Shown here piece by piece: positions 31,113 to 41,704 of a stretch of 64,000 nucleotides of DNA. This stretch comes from Demequinaceae bacterium (lineage in GTDB: Bacteria > Actinomycetota > Actinomycetes > Actinomycetales > JAJYRW01): the NCBI GenBank assembly GCA_027322505.1, contig DAHVRJ010000132.1:2775-66774 (forward strand), in the 5' to 3' direction. The notes below the pieces were generated by a model that searched no databases, was not told the DNA's origin, and worked only from the letters and a program-made list of their open reading frames with translations. Position 1 is the stretch's first letter; the number at the start of each line of letters is the position of its first letter. Made by a program: the position numbers and the translations under genes.

Positions 31113-31778
31113 TCACAGCGGCAACTGGGTGAAGAGCAATTCGACGACTTCCGGTTCCCCGACCAGCAGCAGGCCAATATCGTGATTGCTCCACACAACA
31201 CCGGCTTCGGTTCCATCGGGAGAGACGAAATAGCGGTAGGTGCCCACGACCTCGTCATCGACGCCGGGCACATTGCCCTCGGCCTCTAACTCGGTGGGGA
31301 TTATGGCCTGTTCGGCAGCATAATCCGCCAGCCATTCCTTGACATCATCGTCTGTCTCCCAGCGCCCGGCAGCCACCAGCGTCGGTTCGGGATCCTCCGG
31401 TATATCCGAGACGCTGGTATTCCCGGTTTGAACGTAAAAGCCCTCATATGCTTCCACCGCGCCAAAGTTTAAAAGCCCCGCGCTCTCGACCCAGGAATCT
31501 ACTTGAAAACCGGCTACCGCGTCGGTGAGCTTATTGCGCAAGGGACCGGTGGATTCGGCTTCCGTTTCCGACTCTTCCGGCGTATCGGTATCTTCCGGCT
31601 CGCCATCAGCTGTCTCTTCGGGCGCTGTGGTCTGTTCCTCCTGGCCGTGTTCGGGCGCATCGGAGTCCGAAGAACTGGGGCGAATGAGCAGAAAAACCGC
31701 TCCCGCGAGCAGGGCCGCCAACACGAAAATCGCGCCCCATAAAAAAGGAATCGTGCGGCGCTGCTCGGGATCAGTCAT
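31113..31778 (-). CDS. hypothetical membrane-anchored acidic protein
   Basis: The start is set at MTDPEQRR. One TM helix, then an Asp/Glu/Thr-rich low-complexity segment and a ~130-aa C-terminal domain. No family recognised. Confidence 0.55.
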   Translation of the reverse strand: MTDPEQRRTIPFLWGAIFVLAALLAGAVFLLIRPSSSDSDAPEHGQEEQTTAPEETADGEPEDTDTPEESETEAESTGPLRNKLTDAVAGFQVDSWVESAGLLNFGAVEAYEGFYVQTGNTSVSDIPEDPEPTLVAAGRWETDDDVKEWLADYAAEQAIIPTELEAEGNVPGVDDEVVGTYRYFVSPDGTEAGVVWSNHDIGLLLVGEPEVVELLFTQLPL

Positions 31779-31801
31779 AGAAACCACTTTACGATAGGAG
31801 A

Positions 31802-32626
31802 GTGAGTATCGAAGTTCCTCTTGATTTTCAGCGCACCTGGCTCGAGATTCCACTGGCGGAAAACGCCGAGCCCGACGGGACGCCCAACGAGGTGCTGCGC
31901 GCCGACATTACCTGGCTCACCTCCAGTTGGAACTGCATTTTTGGTCGGGGCTGTGCCGGCATCTATGCGGATCGGCCCGATGATGGCTGTTGCACCCTCG
32001 GGGCCCACTTCACGGGGAGAGAAGACGTGGATCGGGTGCGCGGCGCCGTCCAAAATCTTCAACCCGAGCAGTGGCAGCGAAACGAGTACCGCGCCAATGA
32101 CAACTGGCTAGAAGAAGACACCGATGACGCCGGCGAGCCGGAGTTTACGACGCGGCGGGTGGATGGGGCGTGCGTGTTTTTGAATGATGCCGATTTTCCC
32201 GGCGGCGGGGGCTGCGCGTTTCACCACGCGGCGTTGGAGGCGGGCCGCGAGCCGCTCGAATTAAAACCGGATGTGTGCTGGCAATTGCCGATTCGGCGCA
32301 GTTACCGAACCGTCGAGCGACTTGATGGTACGAGCTATTTGGAGACGTCCATTTCCGAGTTTGACCGCCGCGCGTGGGGCTCGGGCGGCCGGGATTTGGC
32401 CTGGTATTGCAGTGGAAATCCCGACGCACACACCGCGGCCGTTCCGGTGTTTATCGGGATGGAAGCCGAACTGCGCGAACTCGTTGGGAATGAGGCCTAT
32501 GAATTGCTGGCCGCTGCGTGCAATGAGGCCATGGGAGCGCGGCGTCTGCTCCCGCTGACGGTGATTCAACACCCGGCTACGGAGCGGGCCGAAGAGAACG
32601 CGAAGTCGAATAGCGGCGGGCCGTAG
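31802..32626 (+). CDS. conserved hypothetical Cys-rich protein
   Basis: 274 aa with multiple spaced cysteines (WNCIFGRGC, GCCTLG, GACVF, GGGCAF, DVCWQ). Divergent from the previous gene; no confident family name. Confidence 0.65.
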   Translation: MSIEVPLDFQRTWLEIPLAENAEPDGTPNEVLRADITWLTSSWNCIFGRGCAGIYADRPDDGCCTLGAHFTGREDVDRVRGAVQNLQPEQWQRNEYRANDNWLEEDTDDAGEPEFTTRRVDGACVFLNDADFPGGGGCAFHHAALEAGREPLELKPDVCWQLPIRRSYRTVERLDGTSYLETSISEFDRRAWGSGGRDLAWYCSGNPDAHTAAVPVFIGMEAELRELVGNEAYELLAAACNEAMGARRLLPLTVIQHPATERAEENAKSNSGGP

Positions 32627-32676
32627 ACAGGGGAATCCCGCGATGTCAGTGGCAACCTCTAGGGTTAAGAACCAAC

Positions 32677-34080
32677 ATGGCTAAAGACTCCCCCTCCTTC
32701 CGTTGTTCGGCCTGCGGCGCAACCCACTTACGCTGGGTTGGACGCTGCACAAAGTGCCAGGAATTTGGCACAGTCACTGAGGTGGCCGCGACCGCAGCAG
32801 CGGGGACGAAGGTGCGCTCGGCGGCAAAGGCTCCCAGTCGGCCCGCGCGCAAAGTAAGTGAAATTCGGGCCGAAAAGGTCAAGCGCTCAGCCACCGGACT
32901 TTCTGAATTTGACCGCGTTTTAGGCGGCGGACTGGTCGCGGGTCAGGTCGTGTTGGTGGCGGGCGAGCCGGGGGTGGGAAAGTCGACCCTGCTACTGAGT
33001 GTCGGCCAAGAAATGGCACAGCGCCAAGCAACCGTCCTGTACATCACCGGCGAAGAATCTGCCGAGCAAATCGGGGTGCGGGCCCGGCGGATTGGCGCCC
33101 ACGCGGACTCACTATTAATCGCCGATGAAACTGATCTCCAGGTCGTACTTGGTCACATTGCCGAACAGACCCCCGACGTGCTGATCATCGATTCCATTCA
33201 AACCATTGCCTCCCGCGATATTGAGGGGCGCGCCGGCGGCGTCTCGCAGGTGTTGGAGGTTACCCAGGCCATCACCCGGGCCGCGAAATCGGCTGGTTTG
33301 CCCGTCCTCATGGTGGGCCAGTCAACGCGGGAAAACTCGGTGGCGGGGCCGCGCGCGCTCGAACACCTGGTGGACACGGTCGTAACCTTTGACGGGGATC
33401 GGCAAACCAGTTTGCGCATGCTGCGCGCCACGAAAAACCGCTATGGTCCCGCCGATGAGGTGGCGTGTTTCGAGCAGGCCGATCGCGGTTTGGTTCAGGT
33501 AACGGACCCGTCGAAAATCTTTCGCGGTGATCGGGCGCGCCCGGTGGCTGGGACGGCAGTAACGGTCACAATTGAAGGACGACGCCCCCTGGCCTGCGAG
33601 GTGCAGGCTCTTTCGGTCGAGACTTCTCAGCCCAATCCGCGCCGCGGCGTAAACGGATTAGATACTTCGCGGGTTGCGATGTTGCTGGCGGTAACGCAGC
33701 GGGCCTCTAATGCCAAGTTTTTCAATCAGGACGTGTTTGTCGCCACGATGGGCGGCATGCGGATTATGGATCCGGGCGCGGACTTGGCAGTGTGCCTCGC
33801 GCTGTGGACTTCCCGCACGGACCGGGCCGTTCCCAACGATCTGCTGGCGCTGGGCGAAGTCACTCTCTCCGGCGATATCCGCGCCGTTCCCATGCTCACC
33901 CAGCGCGTCAATGAGGCCCTGCGTCTGGGCTACCGCACCGTATTGGCTCCGCTTGGCACCCGCGACCAGATCAGCAAACTGCCGGCCGGTGCAAAAATTA
34001 TAGAAGCCGACCATTTTGGGACGGCCCTCCAGCAAGTGAAATTCATATCTGCCAGCAACGGCGTGAAACTCGATTTCTGA
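32677..34080 (+). CDS. radA: DNA repair protein RadA
   Basis: N-terminal zinc finger CSACG..CTKCQ, Walker A GEPGVGKST, KNRYG motif, and a Lon-like C-terminal domain. Confidence 0.95.
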   Translation: MAKDSPSFRCSACGATHLRWVGRCTKCQEFGTVTEVAATAAAGTKVRSAAKAPSRPARKVSEIRAEKVKRSATGLSEFDRVLGGGLVAGQVVLVAGEPGVGKSTLLLSVGQEMAQRQATVLYITGEESAEQIGVRARRIGAHADSLLIADETDLQVVLGHIAEQTPDVLIIDSIQTIASRDIEGRAGGVSQVLEVTQAITRAAKSAGLPVLMVGQSTRENSVAGPRALEHLVDTVVTFDGDRQTSLRMLRATKNRYGPADEVACFEQADRGLVQVTDPSKIFRGDRARPVAGTAVTVTIEGRRPLACEVQALSVETSQPNPRRGVNGLDTSRVAMLLAVTQRASNAKFFNQDVFVATMGGMRIMDPGADLAVCLALWTSRTDRAVPNDLLALGEVTLSGDIRAVPMLTQRVNEALRLGYRTVLAPLGTRDQISKLPAGAKIIEADHFGTALQQVKFISASNGVKLDF

Positions 34081-34163
34081 TCACCCCGTTGCTTAGCGCA
34101 GTTTGCGCCGGTTACCGCGTAAGATTGAACCATTATTTGCTCAAGTAGCCCCAGTGGAGAGTT

Positions 34164-35246
34164 TTGAAGAAGAGTCAACCAACCCCCAATGAGCTGCGCG
34201 CGACGTTAAAAGCGGTGGCTCCGGGCACCGAGCTGCGAGACGGACTAGAACGGATCTTGCGCGGCCGCACGGGAGCGCTGATCGTTCTGGGTCATGACCG
34301 AATCGTTGACGCAATCTCCTCGGGTGGTTTCGCCCTGGACGTCGACTTTTCCGCCACCCGCTTACGGGAGCTGTGCAAAATGGATGGTGCGGTCATTATG
34401 GACCGCCACGCAACCCGTATCTATCGGGCAGCTGTGCAACTTTTGCCCGATTCATCAATTGAGACAACCGAATCCGGCACCCGACACCGCACGGCCGAGC
34501 GCGTTGCCAAACAAACCGGCTTCCCGGTTATTTCGGTCTCCCAATCAATGCGGATCGTGGCGCTATACGTAAATTCACAGCGCTACGTACTGGAAGATTC
34601 CGACATTATTTTGTCGCGCTCCAACCAGGCCCTGGCCACCCTCGAACGGTATAAGGCTCGGTTGGACGAAGTCACGCGCACGCTCTCAGCCCTCGAGATT
34701 GAAGACCTCGTCACGATGCGCGATGTTGTTGCCGTAGTCCAGCGCCTGGAAATGGTTCGACGCATCAGCGAAGAAATCGAGACCTATATTTTGGAACTGG
34801 GCGATGACGGCCGGCTCTTACAGCTCCAACTTGATGAGCTGATTGGCGGCATTGGCCCCGATCGGGAACTGATCATTCAAGATTACCTACCCGCCGATAT
34901 TTCCGAAGCCGACAGCCACAAAATTCTTACCGACCTCTCCGAATTGGATTCGCTAGAACTCGTAGACCTTTCGAAACTCGCCCGGGTCCTGGGGGTAAAC
35001 GGCTCCCACGAAAATCTGGATAGCGCCGTGATGCCGCGGGGCTACCGCCTGCTGCACAAAATTCCCCGCCTGCCGGTGGGCATCATTAACCGCCTCGTGA
35101 CGCACTTCGGCTCGCTGCAACGCCTCCTTGCCGCGAGCGCGGAAGACCTCATGCAGGTGGAGGGAGTTGGCGAGTTACGAGCCCGCTCCGTGCGCGAGGG
35201 ACTATCGCGGCTGGCGGAGTCCTCGATTTTGGACCGCTACATTTAA
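34164..35246 (+). CDS. disA: DNA integrity scanning protein DisA (diadenylate cyclase)
   Basis: TTG start with a GGAGA RBS. DAC-domain motifs DGAVIM and RHRTAERV, and a C-terminal HhH domain. Confidence 0.95.
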   Translation: MKKSQPTPNELRATLKAVAPGTELRDGLERILRGRTGALIVLGHDRIVDAISSGGFALDVDFSATRLRELCKMDGAVIMDRHATRIYRAAVQLLPDSSIETTESGTRHRTAERVAKQTGFPVISVSQSMRIVALYVNSQRYVLEDSDIILSRSNQALATLERYKARLDEVTRTLSALEIEDLVTMRDVVAVVQRLEMVRRISEEIETYILELGDDGRLLQLQLDELIGGIGPDRELIIQDYLPADISEADSHKILTDLSELDSLELVDLSKLARVLGVNGSHENLDSAVMPRGYRLLHKIPRLPVGIINRLVTHFGSLQRLLAASAEDLMQVEGVGELRARSVREGLSRLAESSILDRYI

Positions 35247-35251
35247 AAACT

Positions 35252-35839
35252 CTAAGAAATATTGAAGCTGTGCTCGGCGGGCTCAACGTCTTCGAGCTCA
35301 ACTTCTAACTTATAAGTACCCGAGCGCGGCTGCGGCAAATCCGAATCGCACTTCTCATTGGAGCGCTGGCCATCCCAAATTACGGTGTCGACCTTCGTCG
35401 ATCCGGGACGCAAAAGCACTAGGCGTGAGTCTTCACCCTCACTGGGGCAGTCCGCTGAGGACCAGATGCGGTCACTACCCGAGGTGATGGTCAAGACACG
35501 GGATTCATCACCGACATCCACCGTGCACGGATCGGATGAGTTATTGGTTACGCCGACATCAAAGGCCGCTTCCTTGCCGGCCGCAACTTCTTCCGCCGGA
35601 TCATTCAGCGTGAGCGCTAGGTCCTTCGGATCACACGCGGCGTCCGGGGAGGGGTCTTCTTCGGTCTTTGTGGGCGCTGCGGTCGGTTCGGGGTCGGCCT
35701 CATCGGAACTACCGAAGACCCCGGAAATGAGAAAGCCCGCACCAACGAGGACCACCACCAAAACTGCGAGCACCACCAGCCGCCGAACCCAGTAAACACG
35801 TGCGGGCTCGGAACCAACCGGTCGCAACAGGCCTCTCAC
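35252..35839 (-). CDS. hypothetical membrane-anchored protein (DUF4232-like, 4 Cys)
   Basis: N-terminal TM anchor, acidic linker, then a ~130-aa domain with two Cys pairs. Its position next to disA matches a conserved actinobacterial gene. Confidence 0.6.
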   Translation of the reverse strand: MRGLLRPVGSEPARVYWVRRLVVLAVLVVVLVGAGFLISGVFGSSDEADPEPTAAPTKTEEDPSPDAACDPKDLALTLNDPAEEVAAGKEAAFDVGVTNNSSDPCTVDVGDESRVLTITSGSDRIWSSADCPSEGEDSRLVLLRPGSTKVDTVIWDGQRSNEKCDSDLPQPRSGTYKLEVELEDVEPAEHSFNIS

Positions 35840-35949
35840 ACTTCCACCGTAGAGAAGTCCGGGGGTGAAAACGGCGAGACTCGCCGGCGCGCGCAGTCCT
35901 TCGGCCCCGTTTTTGCTCGGGCAGCGCCTACTGGCATATCGTCAACGAC

Positions 35950-36477
35950 GTGAACTCCGCCCCAACGCCACCCAGCAGCCCGCGTCGCGACAGCGCCGAA
36001 CGGAACTTGCGGACCGCTCTGTTCCTCCGGCAGGTGCGATGGATAAACCTCATCCTGGTGGGCGCCGTCTTATTCGCCGGCATCGTGGCGATCGGCGCGG
36101 TGTCGCTCACCGCCCCGCCCAAAGGAACCACATCGGACGTCATGCCCTTCATTGTGGTGGCTGCCGTCGGGCAATTGGGCGCATTTTTGTGCATGTATTA
36201 CGGCATCGCGGTACTGCGTGATTTCAGTAGGGACGGCGCCGCGGCACCCAGTCCCGACGCGGCGGAATTCGCTGCGGTGGTGGCGCACTGGCGGCTGCGG
36301 CTGCGGCGGGTGCGCATGCCCATGTTGGCAGTGGGCTTTATTGCCGGTGTGGTGACGCTGATTTTCACCGGGTTTTCAGTGATTACGATAACCGGCGCGG
36401 CGCTGGGGCTGGCTTTTATTTTGCAGTTGGTCATTTTATTTTCGGCAGTGACCAAACCGCGCGGTGATGTGGCGTAG
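35950..36477 (+). CDS. hypothetical integral membrane protein
   Basis: 175 aa, GTG start, about 4 hydrophobic helices. No family recognised. Confidence 0.5.
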   Translation: MNSAPTPPSSPRRDSAERNLRTALFLRQVRWINLILVGAVLFAGIVAIGAVSLTAPPKGTTSDVMPFIVVAAVGQLGAFLCMYYGIAVLRDFSRDGAAAPSPDAAEFAAVVAHWRLRLRRVRMPMLAVGFIAGVVTLIFTGFSVITITGAALGLAFILQLVILFSAVTKPRGDVA

Positions 36478-36503
36478 CTCGCGCCGGCCCTAACACCGCA
36501 GAA

Positions 36504-37007
36504 TTACAGTTCGCGCATCATGCGGGAATTGCCCAGGGTGTTGGGTTTTACCCGGGCCAGATCCAAAAACTCAGCAACGCCATCATCGTGGGAGCGTAAA
36601 AGCTGGGCATATACATCACCCGGAACCGGCGTGCCAGAAATTTCCGCAAAGCCGTGCCGAATAAAGAAGTCCACTTCAAAAGTCAGGCAGAAAATCCGCC
36701 GCAGCCCCAAATCTGCGGCGCGCTCCAAGAGCGCCTCCACCAGGGCGGAACCCACTCCGCGATTGAGCCACTGTTCGCGCACCGCCAGCGTGCGGATTTC
36801 GGCAAGGTCCTCCCACATGACGTGCAGCGCCCCGCACCCGACTACATTGCCTGCCGCATCTTCTGCGACAAAAAATCCCTGGATTTGCGCGTAGAGATCA
36901 ACCAGATCTTTACCGAGCAAAATGCGGTCATCCACCAGCGGCTGAATTATTTCTGCAATCTCATGCACATCAGCCGGCCGCGCGGGCCGCACCGTAATTT
37001 GGCTCAT
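36504..37007 (-). CDS. GNAT family amino-acid N-acetyltransferase
   Basis: 167 aa with the acetyl-CoA binding motif RGVGSALVE. Confidence 0.8.
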   Translation of the reverse strand: MSQITVRPARPADVHEIAEIIQPLVDDRILLGKDLVDLYAQIQGFFVAEDAAGNVVGCGALHVMWEDLAEIRTLAVREQWLNRGVGSALVEALLERAADLGLRRIFCLTFEVDFFIRHGFAEISGTPVPGDVYAQLLRSHDDGVAEFLDLARVKPNTLGNSRMMREL

Positions 37008-37060
37008 TTTCCCATGATTGCATAAAGAGATTGATCACCTAATTCGTTTAGAGTAAAGAC

Positions 37061-37675
37061 GTGTTTCGACATTTGCTTTGGGACATGGGCGGAACCATGT
37101 TCGACACCTACCCGCAAGTAGATGCCATGCTCGCTCACGTCGTGCGCGCGCACGGGCAGAGCGTTTCGGGCTTGGAGGTCTCGCGCCTGACCCGTATTTC
37201 CACCGGCGAGGCGATGCGCCAGCTAGCACACCAATTCAAAATTCCCATCGAAGAGTTCCTCCAAGCGGAAACAGCGCTCAAAGAGCGTTGGCGCACTGAT
37301 CCCCCGCCCACCATGCCGGGCCTGTCCGAAGTGATGGCTGCGGCATCGGGGAAAAACCTCGTCGTTACCCACCGCGATCGCGCCAGCGCAACTGCATTAT
37401 TAAATGCGCGTGAAATTATGGTCGATGATCTGATTTGTCCCGATGACGGCTTTGCGCGCAAGCCCGACCCGCAAATGTATTTAGAGCTCATGCGGCGCCA
37501 CGATTTGGCACCGGAAGAGTGTATGGGAATTGGTGATCGCCCGCTAGATGCCCACGGAGCGCACGAGGCCGGTATTACCGCGGTGATGCTCATTACCCCG
37601 GATTTGCCCATGCCCTCCGGCCCGGCCGAATTCACGATCACCGCCCTGACCGAACTATTAGCGGTGGTGGAATAA
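37061..37675 (+). CDS. HAD family hydrolase (phosphatase)
   Basis: Motif I LWDMGGTM (DxG variant), a cap domain, and motif IV GDRPLD. Confidence 0.78.
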   Translation: MFRHLLWDMGGTMFDTYPQVDAMLAHVVRAHGQSVSGLEVSRLTRISTGEAMRQLAHQFKIPIEEFLQAETALKERWRTDPPPTMPGLSEVMAAASGKNLVVTHRDRASATALLNAREIMVDDLICPDDGFARKPDPQMYLELMRRHDLAPEECMGIGDRPLDAHGAHEAGITAVMLITPDLPMPSGPAEFTITALTELLAVVE

Positions 37676-37679
37676 AACA

Positions 37680-39182
37680 ATGACGCGTTTTGTGCTCGCG
37701 ATTGATCAGGGCACCACGTCCACTCGGGCCATTATTTTTGACGTGGAAGGCAAAATCCATGCCAGCGCGCAAAAGGAGCACCGCCAGATTTTCCCGCGAG
37801 CCGGTTGGGTTGAACACGACGGGGAAGAAATCTGGCTCGTCACCCGGGAAGTCGTCGGTTTAGCGCTGGCCCGCGGCGAGCTTACTGCCGGTGATTTGGC
37901 GGCCGTTGGAATCGCCAACCAGCGCGAAACCACCATCATTTGGGATCGCAAATCTGGCAAACCCATCTACAACGCCATCGTGTGGCAGGACGTGCGCACC
38001 CAAGATATTTGCGATGATCTGGCCCACGACGGCGGTGTTGATCGCTACCGCTCCCGGGTGGGATTGCCGCTGGCAACATATTTCGCAGCGCCAAAAATGC
38101 GCTGGATACTGGACCACGTGCCCGGCGCGCAGGCCCGTGCCGAGAACGGGGAACTAGCTGCCGGAACCATTGACTCCTGGTTGTTGTGGAACATGACGGG
38201 CGGCCCCGAGGGCGGCATCCACGCAACCGACGTCACCAACGCTTCGCGCACCCTGCTTTTTGACGTGCATAAATTGGAGTGGGATGCCGACATTGCTGCC
38301 GATTTCGGCCTTCCGCTGGAAATCCTTCCGCGCGTGCATTCGAGTTCCGAAATTTATGGCTATGGGCGAAGTGGCGGCCTTCTGCCTAATGTTCCCATCA
38401 GCGGGATTTTGGGGGACCAGCATGCGGCAACTGTGGGCCAGACCTGTTTTGAACGCGGGAGTGTTAAAAACACCTACGGCACCGGGAATTTTCTGCTAGT
38501 TAATACCGGGGCGGAAGCGATCACCTCGCACAACGGCCTTCTTACAACACTTGCCTATCAGTTTGCGGATCAACCGCCCGTCTACGCCTTAGAAGGTTCC
38601 ATTGCCGTTACTGGTTCACTCGTGCAGTGGCTGCGCGATAATCTCGGATTCTTCAGCACCGCTGATCAGATTGAGGGCCTAGCGCGCAGCGTTCCAGACA
38701 GCGGTGGTGCGTATTTTGTACCGGCATTTTCAGGCTTATTCGCGCCCTACTGGCGACCCGATGCCCGCGGCGCCCTGGTTGGTCTTACCTCATACGTGAA
38801 TAAGGCACATATCGCCCGCGCCGCGCTGGAGGCTACCGCGTTTCAAACCCGCGACGTGCTGCAAGCGGTGCAGGCGGATACGGAAGTAGAATTTACCGAG
38901 TTGCGCGTCGATGGCGGCATGGTCGAAAACGAACTGCTCTTGCAATTTCAAGCCGACATACTCGGCATCGACGTGGTGCGCCCGCAGGTCGCCGAAACCA
39001 CCGCGCTGGGGGCCGCCTACGCGGCCGGTCTGGCGGTGGGGTTTTGGACCAACGTGAGTGACGTCGTCCAAAATTGGCAAGAAGATCACCGATGGCAGCC
39101 GCAAATGCCGGCGGCCGAGCGAGAGAAGCGTTATCGCACCTGGCAAAAGGCGGTAGAAAAGTCGCTGGGTTGGGTGGAGTAG
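37680..39182 (+). CDS. glpK: glycerol kinase
   Basis: 500-aa FGGY kinase with AIDQGTTSTRAIIFD and full-length GlpK features. Confidence 0.95.
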   Translation: MTRFVLAIDQGTTSTRAIIFDVEGKIHASAQKEHRQIFPRAGWVEHDGEEIWLVTREVVGLALARGELTAGDLAAVGIANQRETTIIWDRKSGKPIYNAIVWQDVRTQDICDDLAHDGGVDRYRSRVGLPLATYFAAPKMRWILDHVPGAQARAENGELAAGTIDSWLLWNMTGGPEGGIHATDVTNASRTLLFDVHKLEWDADIAADFGLPLEILPRVHSSSEIYGYGRSGGLLPNVPISGILGDQHAATVGQTCFERGSVKNTYGTGNFLLVNTGAEAITSHNGLLTTLAYQFADQPPVYALEGSIAVTGSLVQWLRDNLGFFSTADQIEGLARSVPDSGGAYFVPAFSGLFAPYWRPDARGALVGLTSYVNKAHIARAALEATAFQTRDVLQAVQADTEVEFTELRVDGGMVENELLLQFQADILGIDVVRPQVAETTALGAAYAAGLAVGFWTNVSDVVQNWQEDHRWQPQMPAAEREKRYRTWQKAVEKSLGWVE

Positions 39183-39186
39183 GCGA

Positions 39187-40629
39187 TTATTTTTCGGCCG
39201 ACTTACGCATGAGCAGGTCGGTAATCCCAACACCGAGGGAAACTGCGGTCAGGCCGATGGTGGCCCACAACCCGTTGCTGACCGCGGTAACCGGATGCGT
39301 ATTAGCGCCGGCGAAGTACAGTGCGCCGACCACCGCGATACCCACCGATGTGCCCATCCGCTGCCCAGTTTGCAGTACGCCGCCCGCTGACCCGCCGCGC
39401 ACGACGGGAACTTCAACGAGGGTGAGGGTCTGGTTGGGGGAAATGATGATTCCCGAACCGATTCCCGCGATGAACAGCGGGAAGGCCATCCACCAGCCAA
39501 CTGAGGTAGCAGTTCCAACAGCAAATACCGAGGCCTGTGTTCCGGCGAGCCCCAGGAGCACTAGGACCAGACCCCACACCACCATTTTGCGCCCCGCCCG
39601 CAGTACGTAGCGTCCGCTGAGCCAGGAAGAAAGCGTGGAGCCAATCGCGAAACTCGTCAGCCCCAGTCCGGCGCCCAGGGCGCTATATCCGACCGAGTTT
39701 TGAAAGAAAAGGGTCAAGATAAAGAAGATTCCGGTAAAGCCGGAAAAATAGGTGAAAGCCAATATAGTTCCGGCGGAATAGCTGCGGAGCCGAAAGAGGC
39801 TTAAATCGACCATGGGGGCGCGCCCACGAGCTTGATACCGGCGCTCCCAGCGCACGAAAAGCCACAGTAAGAAGGCGCCGGCGATAAGCCACAGTAGTTC
39901 AACGGCTTGCATGGTTCCGCCATTTACAAGCGGCCATAAAAACGCCAGGACCGCTCCACCCAGCAGCACTACGCCCACCGGGTCAAGGTCGCCGGAATCG
40001 CGGGAGGGTTGGGGCGCGGGTAAATAGCGATAGGACAGAACAATTGCGAGGACGCCCACCGGAATGTTCACAAGGAAAATCCAGCGCCAGCCCGCTTCTG
40101 GGCCCACCGCGGCAATAATGATGCCGCCCAGCACGGGGCCGATCGCGGTGGAAATACCGATTACCGCGCCCAGGCTGCCAAACGCCCGCCCGCGCTCCAC
40201 GCCTTGAAAGAGTTCTTGAATTAGACCGGAAATTTGGGGGTTAATAAATCCGGATCCCACACCCTGGATTACGCGCGCAATCACCAACCACGTCGCATTA
40301 GGTGCAAAGCCACCAAGTATCGAACTGCCCGCAAACAAGACCACCCCCAGCACGAACATCGTGCGCCGGCCCCGAGCATCCCCCAGGCGCCCGGCGGCCA
40401 CAAGCACGAGGCCAAAACTAAGGGCGTACCCCGAAACAATCCACTGCAATTCCGCTTCGCTGGCGCTAAGGCCAACCCGAATCGAGGGCAGCGCGACGTT
40501 AACAATGCTGACATTGAGCAAACTCATAAAGCCGGCGGTTAAACAAACTGCCAGCGCTTTCCACCTAAGTGGATTAGGTTCACCCGTGGTGCGCGGCGCC
40601 GGATTACCCACGTAGCACCGTTGGCGCAC
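39187..40629 (-). CDS. MFS transporter, DHA2 (EmrB/QacA) type, about 14 TM
   Basis: 480 aa with the DHA2 N-terminal motif LNVSIVNVALPSI and GRLGDARGRR. The start may be slightly downstream because the ORF overlaps the previous gene by 26 nt. Confidence 0.88.
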   Translation of the reverse strand: MRQRCYVGNPAPRTTGEPNPLRWKALAVCLTAGFMSLLNVSIVNVALPSIRVGLSASEAELQWIVSGYALSFGLVLVAAGRLGDARGRRTMFVLGVVLFAGSSILGGFAPNATWLVIARVIQGVGSGFINPQISGLIQELFQGVERGRAFGSLGAVIGISTAIGPVLGGIIIAAVGPEAGWRWIFLVNIPVGVLAIVLSYRYLPAPQPSRDSGDLDPVGVVLLGGAVLAFLWPLVNGGTMQAVELLWLIAGAFLLWLFVRWERRYQARGRAPMVDLSLFRLRSYSAGTILAFTYFSGFTGIFFILTLFFQNSVGYSALGAGLGLTSFAIGSTLSSWLSGRYVLRAGRKMVVWGLVLVLLGLAGTQASVFAVGTATSVGWWMAFPLFIAGIGSGIIISPNQTLTLVEVPVVRGGSAGGVLQTGQRMGTSVGIAVVGALYFAGANTHPVTAVSNGLWATIGLTAVSLGVGITDLLMRKSAEK

Positions 40630-41602
40630 CCTTTGTTAGCGCTTCACGCAGGGCATCCAGCGTTTTGCCGGTGACTTCACTTTGCTCGATGAACGCCTCG
40701 GTACCGGTGCCGGACTGCACTGCGGCGCCGAAGGCCTCCACCTGCAGTCGGTACTGGTCGCCGATGATGGTGTGCTCTTGGCTGGTGCCTTCGCGGTGCA
40801 CGATGACGGTTCCGGCGCCCCCGCGCTGGTCCGGGCGGAAGGCATAGGGAACGTCGATGCGGCCCGCATTACCCACAATGCTGTAGGTATCGCCGGTGCC
40901 GCGAAAGCCGCAACTAAAAGTTGCCTGCACGTCACCGAAGTTCAGCGTTCCCGCGGTGGAAACGTCAACAAGTTCATCGGCCGGCGCGAAGCGTGCGGTG
41001 GCAAAAGCCTGCTCGGGTGCGCGGCCTAAAAGCGAAGTGGTGATGTCGACGGCGTAGCAGCCCAGATCGTTGAGCGCCCCGCCCCCGAGGTTGCCGTGCA
41101 GGCGCACATTTGGTCCCTCGAGTTCGCCGATGTCGAAGTGAAAATTAGCGTGAATTGCCGATACTTGCCCAATAGTGCCGGCGGCGATGAAGTCGCGCAC
41201 CGTTTGATGCTGTGGGTGGAAGCGATACATAAACGCTTCCATGAGTTGGACGCCCGCCGCCTCACATGCTGAACGGGCACGGTCCCACTCCGTCATGCTC
41301 AGGGCCAGCGGCTTCTCGCATAGCACGTGCTTGCCCGCCTCGGCGGCCTTAACTACCCATTCCACGTGCTCGGAATTGGGGACGGGAATGTAGACCGCGT
41401 CCACAGAATCATCGGCTAGCAGTTCTTCATAACTGGAAAAGGCGCGCTCTATTTCGAATTCTTCCGCTACCGCAGTAGGTGCTTGGGAGCGGGACGCGAT
41501 TGCCACAACAGCGCCATTTTTTGCGCGCTGGATCGCTGGTATCACTTGAGTTCGCGCGATATTTGCGTTTCCTAAAATCCCCCACTGAACCGAATTTGTC
41601 AT
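40604..41602 (-). CDS. Gfo/Idh/MocA family oxidoreductase
   Basis: N-terminal Rossmann fold (WGILGNANIA), EKP motif (VLCEKPLA). Confidence 0.88.
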   Translation of the reverse strand: MTNSVQWGILGNANIARTQVIPAIQRAKNGAVVAIASRSQAPTAVAEEFEIERAFSSYEELLADDSVDAVYIPVPNSEHVEWVVKAAEAGKHVLCEKPLALSMTEWDRARSACEAAGVQLMEAFMYRFHPQHQTVRDFIAAGTIGQVSAIHANFHFDIGELEGPNVRLHGNLGGGALNDLGCYAVDITTSLLGRAPEQAFATARFAPADELVDVSTAGTLNFGDVQATFSCGFRGTGDTYSIVGNAGRIDVPYAFRPDQRGGAGTVIVHREGTSQEHTIIGDQYRLQVEAFGAAVQSGTGTEAFIEQSEVTGKTLDALREALTKGAPTVLRG

Positions 41603-41632
41603 AGATGCACCTTATCTGAACGCCTCAAAGCG

Positions 41633-41677
41633 CAAAAAACGGAGCGAGCCTCGTAATTTTTTACGAAGCCCGCTCCG
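41633..41677 (-). terminator. rho-independent terminator of clpC1
   Basis: ~17-bp stem (2 mismatches) CGGAGCGAGCCTCGTAA/TTACGAAGCCCGCTCCG, followed on the minus strand by TTTTTTG, 28 nt after the stop. Confidence 0.75.
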
Positions 41678-41704
41678 CTAGTGCTATTTGGTTTTATTTA
41701 CTAC

